DNA from: Gemmatimonadaceae bacterium
GTDB lineage: Bacteria > Gemmatimonadota > Gemmatimonadetes > Gemmatimonadales > Gemmatimonadaceae
Reading direction: 5' to 3'
DNA length: 64,000 nt
Assembly: GCA_036264075.1 (NCBI GenBank)
Contig: DATARP010000100.1
Location: forward strand, 2,737 to 66,736
Shown here: piece after piece, positions 9,785-20,196 of the stretch
Layout: each line of letters opens with the position of its first letter
Numbering within the stretch: position 1 is the stretch's first letter
The notes under the pieces: generated by a model
Told to the model about the DNA's origin: nothing
Databases searched by the model: none
What the model saw: the letters and a program-made list of their open reading frames with translations, nothing else
Position numbers and translations under genes: made by a program

Positions 9785-11086
9785 TCACGGCTTGAGTCGG
9801 TTCATCGTTCTCGGGAAGGCAATCGCCTCCCTAATGTGGTGTATGCCACAGATCCATCCTACGGTTCTCTCCAGGCCGAGCCCGAATCCGGAGTGCACGA
9901 ACGTCCCGTACTTCCTGAGATCGAGGTACCAGTTGTAGGCGTCGACGGGAAGGTTCTCCTCCTTGATTCGGGCCAGCAGCTTGTCGTGATCGTCTTCGCG
10001 CTGTGACCCGCCGATGATCTCCCCGTATCCCTCCGGGGCCAGCAGGTCGTCGCACAACACCGTTCGCGGATCGTCCGGATTTTCCTTCATGTAGAACGCC
10101 TTCGCCTGCTTGGGATAGTTGTAGACGAACACCGGGCGATCCTTGCCCTCTACGAGCAACGTCTCGTCCTCCGCGCCCAGGTCGTCGCCCCACGTCACCG
10201 AGCTTCCCTTCGACTGCAGGATCTTTACCGCTTCGCCGTAATCGATGCGGGGAAAAGGCGCCTTTATGCTTTCGAGCTTCGAAAGGTCCCGCTCGAGCTC
10301 TTTCAACTCAGGCTGACGGCGCTCGAGCACGCGCGCGACGATGTACGAGACGAACTCTTCCTGCAGCCGCATGTTGTCGTTCGAATCGTTGAACGCCACC
10401 TCGGGCTCTACCATCCAGAATTCCGTCAGGTGGCGTCGGGTCTTTGATTTCTCGGCGCGGAAGGTCGGGCCGAAACAGTAGATCTTGCCGAGGGCAGCGG
10501 CCGCGGCTTCACCGTACAACTGCCCCGTCTGAGCGAGATACGCTGTGCCTTCGTCGAAATACTCGGTTGCGAACAGACCGCTCCGCTCTCCGATCGCCGC
10601 CGTGAGAATCGGCGTGTCCACGAGGGTGAAGTCGCGCTCGTAAAAGAAATCACGAATCGCCTGCTCCGTTTCGTGACGGATGCGGGCAATGGCTCGCTGC
10701 CTCGGCGTCCTCAGCCAGAAGTGTCGGTTATCGAGAAGGAAGTCGATCCCATGCTCCTTCGGCTGGATCGGGTAGTCGATGGGGCTCGGTCCATAGATGG
10801 AAAGCTCCTTTACCCCGAGCTCGAAACCGCCCGGCGCTCTCGCATCGGGACGCACCTCTCCTTCGACTTCGATGGAGGTCTCCTGGGTGAGCTTGCCGAA
10901 GCGCTCCCACGATTCCGGCGAGACAGCATTCTTGACGACGACGGCCTGGAGCATTCCCGTCCCGTCGCGCATAACGATAAATGCAACTTTGCCGGAAGAG
11001 CGGACGTGAGAGACCCAGCCGCGAACGCGTACCGCTTCGCCGGCATGTGAGGGCAGCTCTGAGATTCTTGAATATGGGGGAGTCAT
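9785..11086 (-). CDS. asnS: Asparagine--tRNA ligase
   Basis: OB-fold N-terminus (GWV..RSSGK), FGPTFRAEKSKTRRHLTEFWMVEPE, GEIIGGSQRE, GFGLGLER. Confidence 0.95.
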   Translation of the reverse strand: MTPPYSRISELPSHAGEAVRVRGWVSHVRSSGKVAFIVMRDGTGMLQAVVVKNAVSPESWERFGKLTQETSIEVEGEVRPDARAPGGFELGVKELSIYGPSPIDYPIQPKEHGIDFLLDNRHFWLRTPRQRAIARIRHETEQAIRDFFYERDFTLVDTPILTAAIGERSGLFATEYFDEGTAYLAQTGQLYGEAAAAALGKIYCFGPTFRAEKSKTRRHLTEFWMVEPEVAFNDSNDNMRLQEEFVSYIVARVLERRQPELKELERDLSKLESIKAPFPRIDYGEAVKILQSKGSSVTWGDDLGAEDETLLVEGKDRPVFVYNYPKQAKAFYMKENPDDPRTVLCDDLLAPEGYGEIIGGSQREDDHDKLLARIKEENLPVDAYNWYLDLRKYGTFVHSGFGLGLERTVGWICGIHHIREAIAFPRTMNRLKP

Positions 11087-11108
11087 TGATGATAGCAGTT
11101 AGCGCGGC

Positions 11109-11138
11109 AAGGTAGACCACGCTCGTAGCGAGTGTCAA
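11109..11138 (-). promoter_or_regulatory. sigma70-type promoter for asnS
   Basis: TTGACA-N18-TACCTT on the minus strand, 22 nt upstream of the asnS ATG. Confidence 0.55.
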
Positions 11139-11278
11139 CCGCGCTGGTTCGTTCGGAGATGGATTGGCGAGCCGCCCTGTTGTCGCGCGACGGTTCCGTT
11201 GCATAAGGAGCCTCTGTACTATACAGGCTTGTCGCGACGAACTCCGTTAGAAAGCACGGTCAAAGGGCCTCCTTCAAC

Positions 11279-12775
11279 ATGACATTGCGCGCCCGCCTCG
11301 GCTGGGGCCTGTTTGCAATTGTGGCGGTCCTCATTATTCCGCTGGCGCTCTCGTTGAATTCGCTCGAACACCTCTACGAGACCAGCCGGCTACTTCGCGA
11401 TCGCGAATTCGCAGCGTCCATGTTGCTCGGCTCATTTCGCGAGCGCACGGATGACGCGCGTCGCGCCGAAGACGCGCTGCTTTTCATCCACGACCAGAAG
11501 AGCGCGACGCGGATGCAGCGGGAGATCGATGGCCTGGTCTCGCTGACTGATTCGCTGGATCGCTACAGCCTGGATATCTCGGCCACACAGATTCGGAGCT
11601 CGCTCGATACGCTTCGCGCAGCCGCTCGTGATGAGTACGAGCAGGCCTCGGCGGGACGCGGCACCGTAGCCGAGATCGTTTCTCAGAAGCGGACGCGACC
11701 TGCTATCGCCTCAGTCGACAGCGCGCTGGGCGCGAGCGCCACGACGCTGCGCACGCGCACACGCCAGAGAGTCGCCGATGCAACGAACGAGACTCTTACC
11801 GCCGAGAGACTCGTCGCCGGTGCGCTGCCAATCGCGCTGCTGCTGGCGCTGGCGATTGCGATATGGCTCCTCCGGTCGGTAAGCCGGCCCGTCTACGCCC
11901 TCGAAAGGGGGATGCACGCGATCTCGGAGGGCGATCTGACTCACGACCTGGGCATAGTGCCGAACCAGAACGAAGAATTCGGGCGGCTTGCAGCCAGCTA
12001 TCAGGCCATGGCGAGACAATTGGCTGAGCTGGAGCGGATCCGCGCCGAATTCGTCAGCGTGGCTTCGCACGAATTGAAGACGCCGATCAACGTGATTATC
12101 GGATACCTGGAGCTTCTGCAGGAAGGCATCTACGGGGACCTCCAGCCCAAGCAGAAGGACGTGTTGCAGACCATCACGAAGCAGGCGAATACTCTCACGC
12201 GCCTCGTGAAGCGCCTGCTCGATATCAGCCGGTTCGAGGCGAGCGGCGGAAAGGTCGACGTCCGCGAGGTCGATCTTCGGAAGTTCCTGACTACACTGGA
12301 AAGCTCGTTCTCCGTCCTGGCGAAGCAGCGTGACATCTCGTTCACGGTCAATCACGGACAGGACCTTCCGCAGAACGTCTACTGGGACGAGGATCGAATC
12401 AACGAAGTCCTCGGCAACCTGCTGTCGAATGCCTTCAAGTTCACTCCCCGAGGCGGCAAGGTGGACCTCACCGTTAGCGCGCAGGAAAACAAAGTCACCA
12501 TAAAGGTCATTGACACCGGAGCCGGCATTTCCGCCGAACAGCTTCCGCACATCTTTGACAAGTTCTTTCAAGCGGACAATCAGGCCCAGGCGGCCACAAA
12601 AGGCACTGGTTTAGGCCTGGCGATTGCGAAAGAAATCGTCGAGGCGCACGGCGGGAAGATCACGGTGGAGAGCCGCGTCGGCTATGGAACGACATTCGTG
12701 GTCATACTCCCCGCCGAGCCAACCGGTGTGAGAAGACGGCGCCAGGCGGCGCCCAAGGCCGAGGTGGCTGGATGA
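11279..12775 (+). CDS. Membrane sensor histidine kinase (TM-periplasmic-TM-HAMP-HisKA-HATPase)
   Basis: Two TM helices, HAMP (EEFGRLAASYQAM), SHELKTP, NLLSNAFKFT, DTGAGI, GTGLGL. Confidence 0.92.
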   Translation: MTLRARLGWGLFAIVAVLIIPLALSLNSLEHLYETSRLLRDREFAASMLLGSFRERTDDARRAEDALLFIHDQKSATRMQREIDGLVSLTDSLDRYSLDISATQIRSSLDTLRAAARDEYEQASAGRGTVAEIVSQKRTRPAIASVDSALGASATTLRTRTRQRVADATNETLTAERLVAGALPIALLLALAIAIWLLRSVSRPVYALERGMHAISEGDLTHDLGIVPNQNEEFGRLAASYQAMARQLAELERIRAEFVSVASHELKTPINVIIGYLELLQEGIYGDLQPKQKDVLQTITKQANTLTRLVKRLLDISRFEASGGKVDVREVDLRKFLTTLESSFSVLAKQRDISFTVNHGQDLPQNVYWDEDRINEVLGNLLSNAFKFTPRGGKVDLTVSAQENKVTIKVIDTGAGISAEQLPHIFDKFFQADNQAQAATKGTGLGLAIAKEIVEAHGGKITVESRVGYGTTFVVILPAEPTGVRRRRQAAPKAEVAG

Positions 12776-13341
12776 GGATGTTCGGAATAATCGTATTCGG
12801 GTTCGGACTCGTGGCCTGCGCCCAACTGCCAGTCGCGACGCCAAATGTTCAGAGCGACTGGGACAGGACTCTGTACTACGCGCGGAAAGACGCCGACGCG
12901 GGGAATTACTTCGCGGCCGATCGCCTTATCGACGAATACGTGCGCCTTCATCCAGGGACACGCGAGGCCAAGGAAATTACCTTCTGGAAGGCCGTATACA
13001 CGCTTGACCCCGCCAACGAGCGCGGCTCGCTCGGTGGTGGAATCGCGGCGCTGGACGAATATCTCGCCTCGACCGACTCGACCGGGCTTTATCGTAACGA
13101 AGCGGTTGTGCTGCGGCGCACGGCGGTCGCAGCTCAGGGTGGCATCGCCAGCAGCTCAGCGGGCTCGACCACAGCGCCTTCACCGACTCCGGGGACAGAC
13201 ACCGTGGTCGTCGTGACCAAGACGCGGGAGGAGGAGATAGCCTCCCTCAAAGACCAGCTGGCAAAGACGAAGGACGAGCTGGCCAAGGTGAGCGCGGAGC
13301 TCGACCGAATCAAGAAGCGCCTGGCGAACCCGAGCAACTAG
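12772..13341 (+). CDS. Lipoprotein with helical N-domain and C-terminal coiled coil (QseG-like architecture)
   Basis: Lipobox LVAC; heptad pattern EEIASLKDQLAKTKDELAKVSAELDRIKKRL; ATGA overlap with the kinase. Confidence 0.65.
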   Translation: MRMFGIIVFGFGLVACAQLPVATPNVQSDWDRTLYYARKDADAGNYFAADRLIDEYVRLHPGTREAKEITFWKAVYTLDPANERGSLGGGIAALDEYLASTDSTGLYRNEAVVLRRTAVAAQGGIASSSAGSTTAPSPTPGTDTVVVVTKTREEEIASLKDQLAKTKDELAKVSAELDRIKKRLANPSN

Positions 13342-13370
13342 ACACACGCGCGCGATCTAACTCCGTCCGC

Positions 13371-15464
13371 TTAACCGACCCTGAACAGCTCCAGCGCACG
13401 CGCGTGGCGGGAGCTCATCACCTTTCGAATCCCGGCGTTCTCGCGCGCGGCGAGATCGGGATCCCTGTCCAGCAGAATCTCGGCGGCGGCCCGCGCTTTC
13501 ACGTTCAGCCCTTCGTCGGCCACGGGATCGGCGATTCGGAACGTCGCTTCGCCGCTTTGCTCCTGGCCGAACAGGTTCCCCATACCCCGCAGCCGCAGAT
13601 CGGCACGTGCGATCTCGAATCCATCGTCCGTGTCCGTGAAAATTCTCAGGCGCTCCGCCGCTTCTTCTCCGACGTCCCCAAGGAGAATGCAGTACGAGGC
13701 CTCAGCGCCGCGGCCCACCCTGCCCCTCAGCTGGTGTAGCTGTGACAGCCCGAATCGCTCGGGGTGCTCGATGAGCATCACGGTCGCATTGGCGACGTCG
13801 ATCCCCACTTCGATGACGGTCGTCGACACAAGGATGTCGATCTTGCCGTCTCGAAAAGCGCGCATGATTTTCTCGCGCTCGTCGACCGGAACACGGCCGT
13901 GGATCAGTGCGACGACCCGTCCGGCGAACGGTCCCGCCGATAGCGACTCGTACATCGTCGTGGCCGCTTTGAGATCCGTTTTTTCCGACTCTTCGATGAC
14001 CGGATAGACGACGTAAGCCTGCCGCCCCTTCTCCGTTTCCCGTGCGACAAATTCCAGCACCCGGTCCCTCGCCTTTTCGGGGCGCATCACCGTCGTGACG
14101 GGCTGCCTTCCCGCCGGGCGCTCGTCGAGTGTGCTCACATCCAGATCCCCGTAAAACGTGAGCGCGAGTGAGCGCGGGATCGGTGTGGCGCTCATGAGCA
14201 GCACGTCCGGCGAATCACCTTTCGCCGAGAGGGCAGCGCGCTGTTCTACCCCGAACCGGTGCTGCTCGTCGATCGTCACGAATCCGAGCCGCCCGAACAC
14301 CGCCGCCTGCTGAACAAGCGCGTGGGTTCCGATGGCAAGGAGGGGCGCGGTGCTCGCAAGCTTGGCGGCGGCGCCCTTTCTCGCGCCCGACTTGAGACTC
14401 CCCGTAACCAGAATTGGCTGGATTCCGAGCGGCTCCAGCAGCTTGGTCAAAGTCCGCGCGTGCTGCTCTGCCAGAAGCTCTGTCGGGGCCATTATCGCTG
14501 CCTGATAGCCGTTCTCCATTGCCAGCAGCGCCGCAAACAGGGCGACGATGGTCTTGCCGCTGCCGACGTCGCCCTGCAGCAGGCGATGCATTTTCCGGTC
14601 GCTGGTCATGTCGGCGACTATCTCGCGCAGAGCACCCGTCTGCGCGTTGGTCAGCGTGAATGGAAGCGCCTTCTTGAGTGCAGACGTCAGCTCACGCTTG
14701 TTCTTGAAGGCGATGCCGTGCCGCTTTTCTCTCACGAGTGCGTTGGCGCGCCGATGGAGGATATGGACGAACAGCAGCTCCTCGAACGCCAGCCTCGATC
14801 TACCCTGCGCCCCCTCGGCGATCGACCGCGGCCGGTGTACCATCCTCATCGCCTCTCGCAAAGGCGGGACTCCCGCCAGACGCAGCACGTCGTCCGGTAG
14901 ATACTCCTCGAGCAGCGGAAGAAGCGTCTCGAGATGTGCGTCGACGACTCCGCGAATGACCTTGAACGAGAGCCCTTCGGTGGCCGGATAGACTGAGAGC
15001 ACTCGGCCGCCCTCGACGCCTTCGTCGTCCTTGCCGAGCTGGATGTACTCTCGCGGCTGTAGCTGGCGCCCGTGGTAGAACCGGACGGGGCCGGCAAGAA
15101 GCATCACGTCACCTTTCTCGATCGTGCGGTCGAGAAACGGCTGCCCGGGCCACGATGCTTCGATCATGCCCGTGTCGTCCTTGAGCACTGCCTGAAAGAT
15201 CCTCAGACCGCGCCGGGTGGGAATGATTCCCTTGGAGATCACTCTCCCGATGATCGTCCCATCCATGCCCGGCTCGAGCGAGGAAATCGGAGTGATCGTG
15301 CTCGCGTCCTCGTAGCGGCGGGGGATGTGGAAAAGCAAGTCCCGCGCGGTGATCACGCCGAGGCGTCTGAGCGCTTCGGCGCGTCCCGGCCCGACACCCT
15401 TGAGATAGGTGACCGGCATGTCGAGATAGATTTTCCCCGGGCGCGCGTCAGTGCGGGCCGCCAT
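13371..15464 (-). CDS. recG: ATP-dependent DNA helicase RecG
   Basis: LLQGDVGSGKT, DEQHRFGV, MSATPIPRSL, QLRGRVGRG, DLRLRG. Confidence 0.97.
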   Translation of the reverse strand: MAARTDARPGKIYLDMPVTYLKGVGPGRAEALRRLGVITARDLLFHIPRRYEDASTITPISSLEPGMDGTIIGRVISKGIIPTRRGLRIFQAVLKDDTGMIEASWPGQPFLDRTIEKGDVMLLAGPVRFYHGRQLQPREYIQLGKDDEGVEGGRVLSVYPATEGLSFKVIRGVVDAHLETLLPLLEEYLPDDVLRLAGVPPLREAMRMVHRPRSIAEGAQGRSRLAFEELLFVHILHRRANALVREKRHGIAFKNKRELTSALKKALPFTLTNAQTGALREIVADMTSDRKMHRLLQGDVGSGKTIVALFAALLAMENGYQAAIMAPTELLAEQHARTLTKLLEPLGIQPILVTGSLKSGARKGAAAKLASTAPLLAIGTHALVQQAAVFGRLGFVTIDEQHRFGVEQRAALSAKGDSPDVLLMSATPIPRSLALTFYGDLDVSTLDERPAGRQPVTTVMRPEKARDRVLEFVARETEKGRQAYVVYPVIEESEKTDLKAATTMYESLSAGPFAGRVVALIHGRVPVDEREKIMRAFRDGKIDILVSTTVIEVGIDVANATVMLIEHPERFGLSQLHQLRGRVGRGAEASYCILLGDVGEEAAERLRIFTDTDDGFEIARADLRLRGMGNLFGQEQSGEATFRIADPVADEGLNVKARAAAEILLDRDPDLAARENAGIRKVMSSRHARALELFRVG

Positions 15465-16400
15465 TCAGCCCTCGAGAACCTCGCGCGCGAATTCTGCCGG
15501 TTCGAACTCGACAAGGTCGGTAACTTTTTCCCCCATCCCGATGAACTTCACGGGGACGTCGAGCGCCTCGTGGACTGCGAGCACGATTCCCCCCTTTGCA
15601 GTGCCGTCGACTTTCGTGACGACAAGGCCAGTGACAGGAATTGCTTCGGCGAAGGTCTTTGCCTGCATCACGGCATTCTGTCCGATCGTTCCATCGAGGA
15701 CGAGCAGCGTCTCGTGCGGCGCTGAAGGCAGACGCTTTCCAATCACCCGATTGATTTTCTTCATTTCGTCCATCAGCGATCCGCTCGTGTGCAAGCGGCC
15801 CGCGGTGTCTACGATCACCACGTCCTTGTTGCGACTGATGCCCGCATCAACGGCATCGAACGCCACCGACGCCGGATCCGATCCGGCGTTGCCGCCAACG
15901 AAATCCGCTCCCGTGCGCTCCGCCCAGTTCCGGAGCTGGTCGATCGCCCCCGCGCGAAAAGTATCCGCCGCTCCAATCAGCGCCGACATCTTATTGCGCT
16001 TGAGCAGGTCGGAGAATTTCCCGATGAACGTCGTTTTCCCGGCACCGTTTACGCCGACGACAAGGATCACCGTCGGCGCCGACTTCGCCTGAATGACCCG
16101 GGGATCGCTGTTCCCGGATTTCAGTGCGGCCTCGATGGCAGCTCTGAGGGCGCCCAAAAACTGCTCCTGAGTCTTGATCAGCCCGCGCCGCGCCTCCGCC
16201 TCGATTTCGGCGACCAGACGCATGGTCGTAGGGACGCCAAAATCCGCCTCGAGCAGTACCTCCTCGAGCTTCTCCAACGAGCCCTGAATGGCACCGGCCC
16301 GGGCGACGGCGGTGACATCGGTGAGCGCGACGTCCTTGATTTTGGTCCAAAGCGAGCGGGCGGGTAGATCGCCGGAGCGCTTGACTATCCTGCCTGGCAT
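15465..16400 (-). CDS. ftsY: Signal recognition particle receptor FtsY
   Basis: GVNGAGKTT, DTFRAGA, DTAGR, TKVDGTAKGG. Confidence 0.96.
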   Translation of the reverse strand: MPGRIVKRSGDLPARSLWTKIKDVALTDVTAVARAGAIQGSLEKLEEVLLEADFGVPTTMRLVAEIEAEARRGLIKTQEQFLGALRAAIEAALKSGNSDPRVIQAKSAPTVILVVGVNGAGKTTFIGKFSDLLKRNKMSALIGAADTFRAGAIDQLRNWAERTGADFVGGNAGSDPASVAFDAVDAGISRNKDVVIVDTAGRLHTSGSLMDEMKKINRVIGKRLPSAPHETLLVLDGTIGQNAVMQAKTFAEAIPVTGLVVTKVDGTAKGGIVLAVHEALDVPVKFIGMGEKVTDLVEFEPAEFAREVLEG

Positions 16401-16424
16401 TTCGAAGTGAGCTGATTGAGGACG

Positions 16425-16455
16425 AAAAAAAACCCGGACTCTTGAAGTCCGGGTT
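16425..16455 (-). terminator. Rho-independent terminator after the ftsZ-M23 unit
   Basis: Inverted repeat AACCCGGACT/AGTCCGGGTT with a 5-nt loop, running into a T8 tract on the minus strand. Confidence 0.85.
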
Positions 16456-16484
16456 GAAGATAAGCCGTGAAGCCCTTCGCGTGC

Positions 16485-17528
16485 CTACTCTGTCGCGTTG
16501 GGTACGTGCGCCTCGCTCAGGCTCGCGAGCGTCTGATTTCTCATCTTCTGGAACAGTGCGCGCTCGCTGGCAGGAATAGGCTCCCCGCCTTTGCTCTGCA
16601 GCGCGAGCTTCGGATCGTGTGCGACTCCCCCGACGCGAATCTCGAAATGCAGGTGCGGGCCGGTTGCCCAACCAGTCATCCCGACGAAGCCAATCGTCGA
16701 TCCCATCGCGACGCGCATGCCCGGGTGGATTCCCGGCGCGAAATTCCGCATATGACCATAACGGCTGACCATCCCGTTGCGGTGGCGGATGTCGATCATG
16801 TTGCCGTAGCCACCGTTGCGTCCGACGAATACGACGACGCCATCGCCCACCGCGCGAACCGGCGTGCCCATCGGGGCCGCGTAGTCAGTACCGGTGTGAT
16901 TGCGCCATTCGCCAAAGATCGGGTGCTTGCGCTGGCCAAAAATGCTGCTGATGCGTCTGAAAGCGACAGGAGCACGCAGGAACGCGGCGCGCAGTGACAT
17001 TCCACTGGCGTCGTAGTACTGGGTGCTTCCACCGCCGGGAGGATCGAAGTGAATTGCCTCGAGCGGGCCGCGGCTGTTGGAAAGAGCAAGGCGGGCGCCG
17101 AGGATCTTGTTGACGATGATCGCGCCATTCGGCTTCTGCAGCCGCTCGACGAGGATGTGAAACTTGTCACCCTGTGCGAGGTCGCGGCTCATGTCGACTT
17201 TGTACTCGAAGATGTCGGCGAGCGACCATGCGAGCTTGTGTCGGGCCGAGGCCGGAAGCACACCGTCGCCGCTCTCGTTCAGAGCGTTGTAGAGACTCGA
17301 ATGAATTACGCCGACGATCGAGAGTGTATCTACGAGCTCGGTGTTGGACGCTCTGACTACGAGGGGCGAAAGAAGGAAATCGGCGGGCTCGAGACCCGGT
17401 TCAGTGACCACGACCGGCTGCATCGGGAAGACCTGCTTCTTCTCGAGCGCGGGGGTAAGCCAAATAGCGACCAGTCCAAGGGTCGCCACGATAGCATAGC
17501 TAACTGGACGTATGCGTGCCTGCCTCAA
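16485..17528 (-). CDS. M23 family metallo-endopeptidase (MepM-like) with N-terminal membrane anchor
   Basis: HTGTD and HLH zinc motifs, [18 protein letters not shown]; overlaps the ftsZ stop. Confidence 0.9.
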   Translation of the reverse strand: MRQARIRPVSYAIVATLGLVAIWLTPALEKKQVFPMQPVVVTEPGLEPADFLLSPLVVRASNTELVDTLSIVGVIHSSLYNALNESGDGVLPASARHKLAWSLADIFEYKVDMSRDLAQGDKFHILVERLQKPNGAIIVNKILGARLALSNSRGPLEAIHFDPPGGGSTQYYDASGMSLRAAFLRAPVAFRRISSIFGQRKHPIFGEWRNHTGTDYAAPMGTPVRAVGDGVVVFVGRNGGYGNMIDIRHRNGMVSRYGHMRNFAPGIHPGMRVAMGSTIGFVGMTGWATGPHLHFEIRVGGVAHDPKLALQSKGGEPIPASERALFQKMRNQTLASLSEAHVPNATE

Positions 17529-18733
17529 TCCATCTGTCTCCGAATGAATGTCGGAATCTCCATATCACTGAGATCCTGTTCTGGAGACGATCGATCCTTC
17601 TCTGGTGTCACAGCCGGATTCGCAGGCGGAGTGTTGCGCCTTGGGATCTCGGCGAGGGTGCTCCTGGACGTCCCGTTTCCCCTCGACGGACGAAGGGGAA
17701 TGACCGGTGAGCCCCGAAGAAGCGGCGAAGGGTTTGGAAGCACAGTCTGGGGCGCCGATGCCGCCTGTTGTTTCTCCCTGTCGAAGCCTGTGGCAATGAC
17801 CGTCACGCGGATTTCGCCTTGCATCGCCGGCTCATGGACAGCGCCGAAGATGATTTCGGCATCCTCTCCAACAGCGTCGTGGATGATCTCGTTGATCTGG
17901 TGCACTTCGCCGAGCGTGAGGTCAGCGCCGCCGGTGATGTTGACGAGCACTCCAGTGGCCCCGGAGACCGAGACGTTGTCGAGCAGGGGGCTGGCGATCG
18001 CCTGCTGGGCCGCTTCGATGGCGCGATTTTCGCCGCGACCAATGCCGGTGCCCATGAGAGCGGATCCGCCTTCCTGCATCACGGTGCGCACGTCGGCAAA
18101 GTCCACGTTGACGAGACCGGTCACGCTGATCAGCGACGAAATCCCCTGAGTGGCATGTAATAGCACCTCGTCTGCCTTCTTGAGGGCGTCCTGGAACGGG
18201 ATTCCTTTGCCGACTACTGCAAGGAGCCTCTCGTTCGGGACGACGATCATCGTGTCGACGTTCTTTCGCATCTCGGCGATGCCGAGCTCTGCCTGGCGCA
18301 TGCGCTTGCGGCCTTCGAACAGGAAGGGCTTGGTGACGATTCCAACTGTCAGGGCACCGGCTGCGCGAGCGAGCTCGCACAGGACGGGTGCGGCGCCCGT
18401 TCCAGTTCCACCACCCATACCGCAGGTCACGAAGACGAGGTCCGCGTTGTACATCGCGCGCGCCACTTCTTCCCTGCTTTCGTCGATGGCCTGTTTGCCG
18501 ATCTCCGGCCGCGCGCCTGCGCCCAACCCGCGGGTTAGCTTCTTACCGATCTGGATCTTGATATCGGACTTCGAGTTGAGGAGGGCCTGAGCATCCGTGT
18601 TGACCGAGATGAATTCGACACCTTCCAGGTGCTCCTCGATCATGCGGTTGACGGCGTTTCCGCCACCTCCACCGACGCCCACGACCTTCATGCGGGCGTT
18701 CTGTGTGGTGTTCTCCTCGAATTCGAATATCAT
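17525..18733 (-). CDS. ftsZ: Cell division protein FtsZ
   Basis: [17 protein letters not shown] tubulin motif, C-terminal core [11 protein letters not shown]; start at ATG 18733 (MIFEFEE). Confidence 0.98.
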   Translation of the reverse strand: MIFEFEENTTQNARMKVVGVGGGGGNAVNRMIEEHLEGVEFISVNTDAQALLNSKSDIKIQIGKKLTRGLGAGARPEIGKQAIDESREEVARAMYNADLVFVTCGMGGGTGTGAAPVLCELARAAGALTVGIVTKPFLFEGRKRMRQAELGIAEMRKNVDTMIVVPNERLLAVVGKGIPFQDALKKADEVLLHATQGISSLISVTGLVNVDFADVRTVMQEGGSALMGTGIGRGENRAIEAAQQAIASPLLDNVSVSGATGVLVNITGGADLTLGEVHQINEIIHDAVGEDAEIIFGAVHEPAMQGEIRVTVIATGFDREKQQAASAPQTVLPNPSPLLRGSPVIPLRPSRGNGTSRSTLAEIPRRNTPPANPAVTPEKDRSSPEQDLSDMEIPTFIRRQMD

Positions 18734-18761
18734 CGCGCGGGAAACTCCGGAACCACGTTTA

Positions 18762-18870
18762 TGTGGAAAAAAAGCTGGGGCTAGTATACGACGCTTAGTC
18801 CTTTCGTACCATAGGCAATGACGAGCGGACGCCAAAAAAAGTACAACGGGTGTCAAGCGAGTTATCCACA
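18762..18870. promoter_or_regulatory. Two DnaA boxes in the ftsA-ftsZ intergenic region
   Basis: TGTGGAAAA at 18762-18770 (TTTTCCACA on minus) and perfect TTATCCACA at 18862-18870; TATACT -10-like hexamer at 18788-18783 on minus. Confidence 0.6.
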
Positions 18871-18939
18871 CTCGCTCTGTCGCCCGCAGGTTTATGATTT
18901 TCTCATAGTGCGCTCACCGGAACGCGCCGCACTGGTCAG

Positions 18940-20196
18940 CTAGAAGAAATCTTCTAACCAGACCTTCAAGCGCTTCGTGAACTTGTCCACGCCGACTCCG
19001 GCCAGAGCTCTGTGCTTGCTGGTTGGGGAGAAACCCGCAGCCGCCCGATGAGCACCATAAATCGCCAGACCCACAACAGTGGCGAAGCGAGGCGCGTCGA
19101 CAGAATCGCTGAGACCACCGACGTTCTCCTCTGGCGAGCCGATTCGCACGCCGGTCCCGAATACATCCGCGGCGAGCTCGGCCACTCCCTGCATCGCCGC
19201 GGCGCCACCGGTGATCACCACGCCGCCATTCAATCGGCTCGCGAACCCGGCGCGCTCGATCTCCGTCAGAACGAGATTGAAGATCTCGTCCATCCGCTGG
19301 TGGATGATGTGCGCCAGCACTTCGCGTGGTATGTGCCGCTCCCCCTGCGCGACGGTGCTGGGTAGCTGAATCACGTCGCTCGGATCCACCAACGGCTCGT
19401 ACGCGCAGCCGTATTTCTCCTTCAACCGTTCGGCGTCGGCCTGCGTGACACCCATGCCCTGCACGATGTCGCTCGTGACGTTGTTGCCACCGAAATTCAC
19501 GGTGCCGAGGTGCCGGATTTTTCCCTCGTGAAAGACTGCGATGTCGGTGGTGCCGGCTCCCATTTCGACCAGGGCGACGCCCAGCTCCTTCTCATCCTCG
19601 GTCAGAACCGCGAGCGCGCTCGCCAAGGGCTCGAGTACGAGCTCACGCACCTTGTACCCTGCCCTCTCGACTGACTTGCGCAGATTCATCGCTGGAGAGG
19701 CTCCGATTGTCACGAGGTACATCTCGGTCTCCAGGCGGGTGCCGATCATTCCGATCGGATCGCGAATGCCCTGATTCTTGTCGACGGAATATTCCTGCGG
19801 TATCGCGTGAAGGAGCTCGCGGTCCTGCGGGACTTGCTGCGCGCGCGCCACTTCGTTGGCGCGGTCGACGTCGGCCTTGGAAATCTCCTCGCCGTTCACG
19901 GCGACGATTCCCTTGCTGATCATCGCTCTGACGTGCTCGCCCGCGATGCCCGCGTAGAGCGTATCGACCTTGATGCCTGCCATGCGCTCCGCATCCTCGA
20001 TCGCTTTCTTGATCGAGCGCGTCGTCTCCTCGATGTCCGACACTACGCCGCGACGCAATCCGGTCGTTCGCGCGTGACCCACTCCAAGGATCTTGAGCCC
20101 GGGCGCGTTCTTCCTCTCGCCAATTGCTTCAGCGATCACGACGGTTGTCCTGGCAGAACCGATGTCCAGACCAGTGATGACGCGTTCCGAGTTCAT
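18940..20196 (-). CDS. ftsA: Cell division protein FtsA
   Basis: GLDIGS, EPLASALA, EMGAGTT, VITGG, C-terminal amphipathic WLEDFF. Confidence 0.96.
   Translation of the reverse strand: MNSERVITGLDIGSARTTVVIAEAIGERKNAPGLKILGVGHARTTGLRRGVVSDIEETTRSIKKAIEDAERMAGIKVDTLYAGIAGEHVRAMISKGIVAVNGEEISKADVDRANEVARAQQVPQDRELLHAIPQEYSVDKNQGIRDPIGMIGTRLETEMYLVTIGASPAMNLRKSVERAGYKVRELVLEPLASALAVLTEDEKELGVALVEMGAGTTDIAVFHEGKIRHLGTVNFGGNNVTSDIVQGMGVTQADAERLKEKYGCAYEPLVDPSDVIQLPSTVAQGERHIPREVLAHIIHQRMDEIFNLVLTEIERAGFASRLNGGVVITGGAAAMQGVAELAADVFGTGVRIGSPEENVGGLSDSVDAPRFATVVGLAIYGAHRAAAGFSPTSKHRALAGVGVDKFTKRLKVWLEDFF

Noticed and set aside
18734-18871. N-terminal extensions in the ORF track for ftsZ (also mraY, dxr, cheB, rpsB and ftsI)
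   Set aside because: The extensions are unlike the families and overlap neighbours or regulatory DNA; downstream starts give normal lengths and stop/start coupling
18740-18939. oriC at the DnaA boxes
   Set aside because: Only two boxes, no clear unwinding element, no dnaA, dnaN or gidA context, and no switch in gene strand
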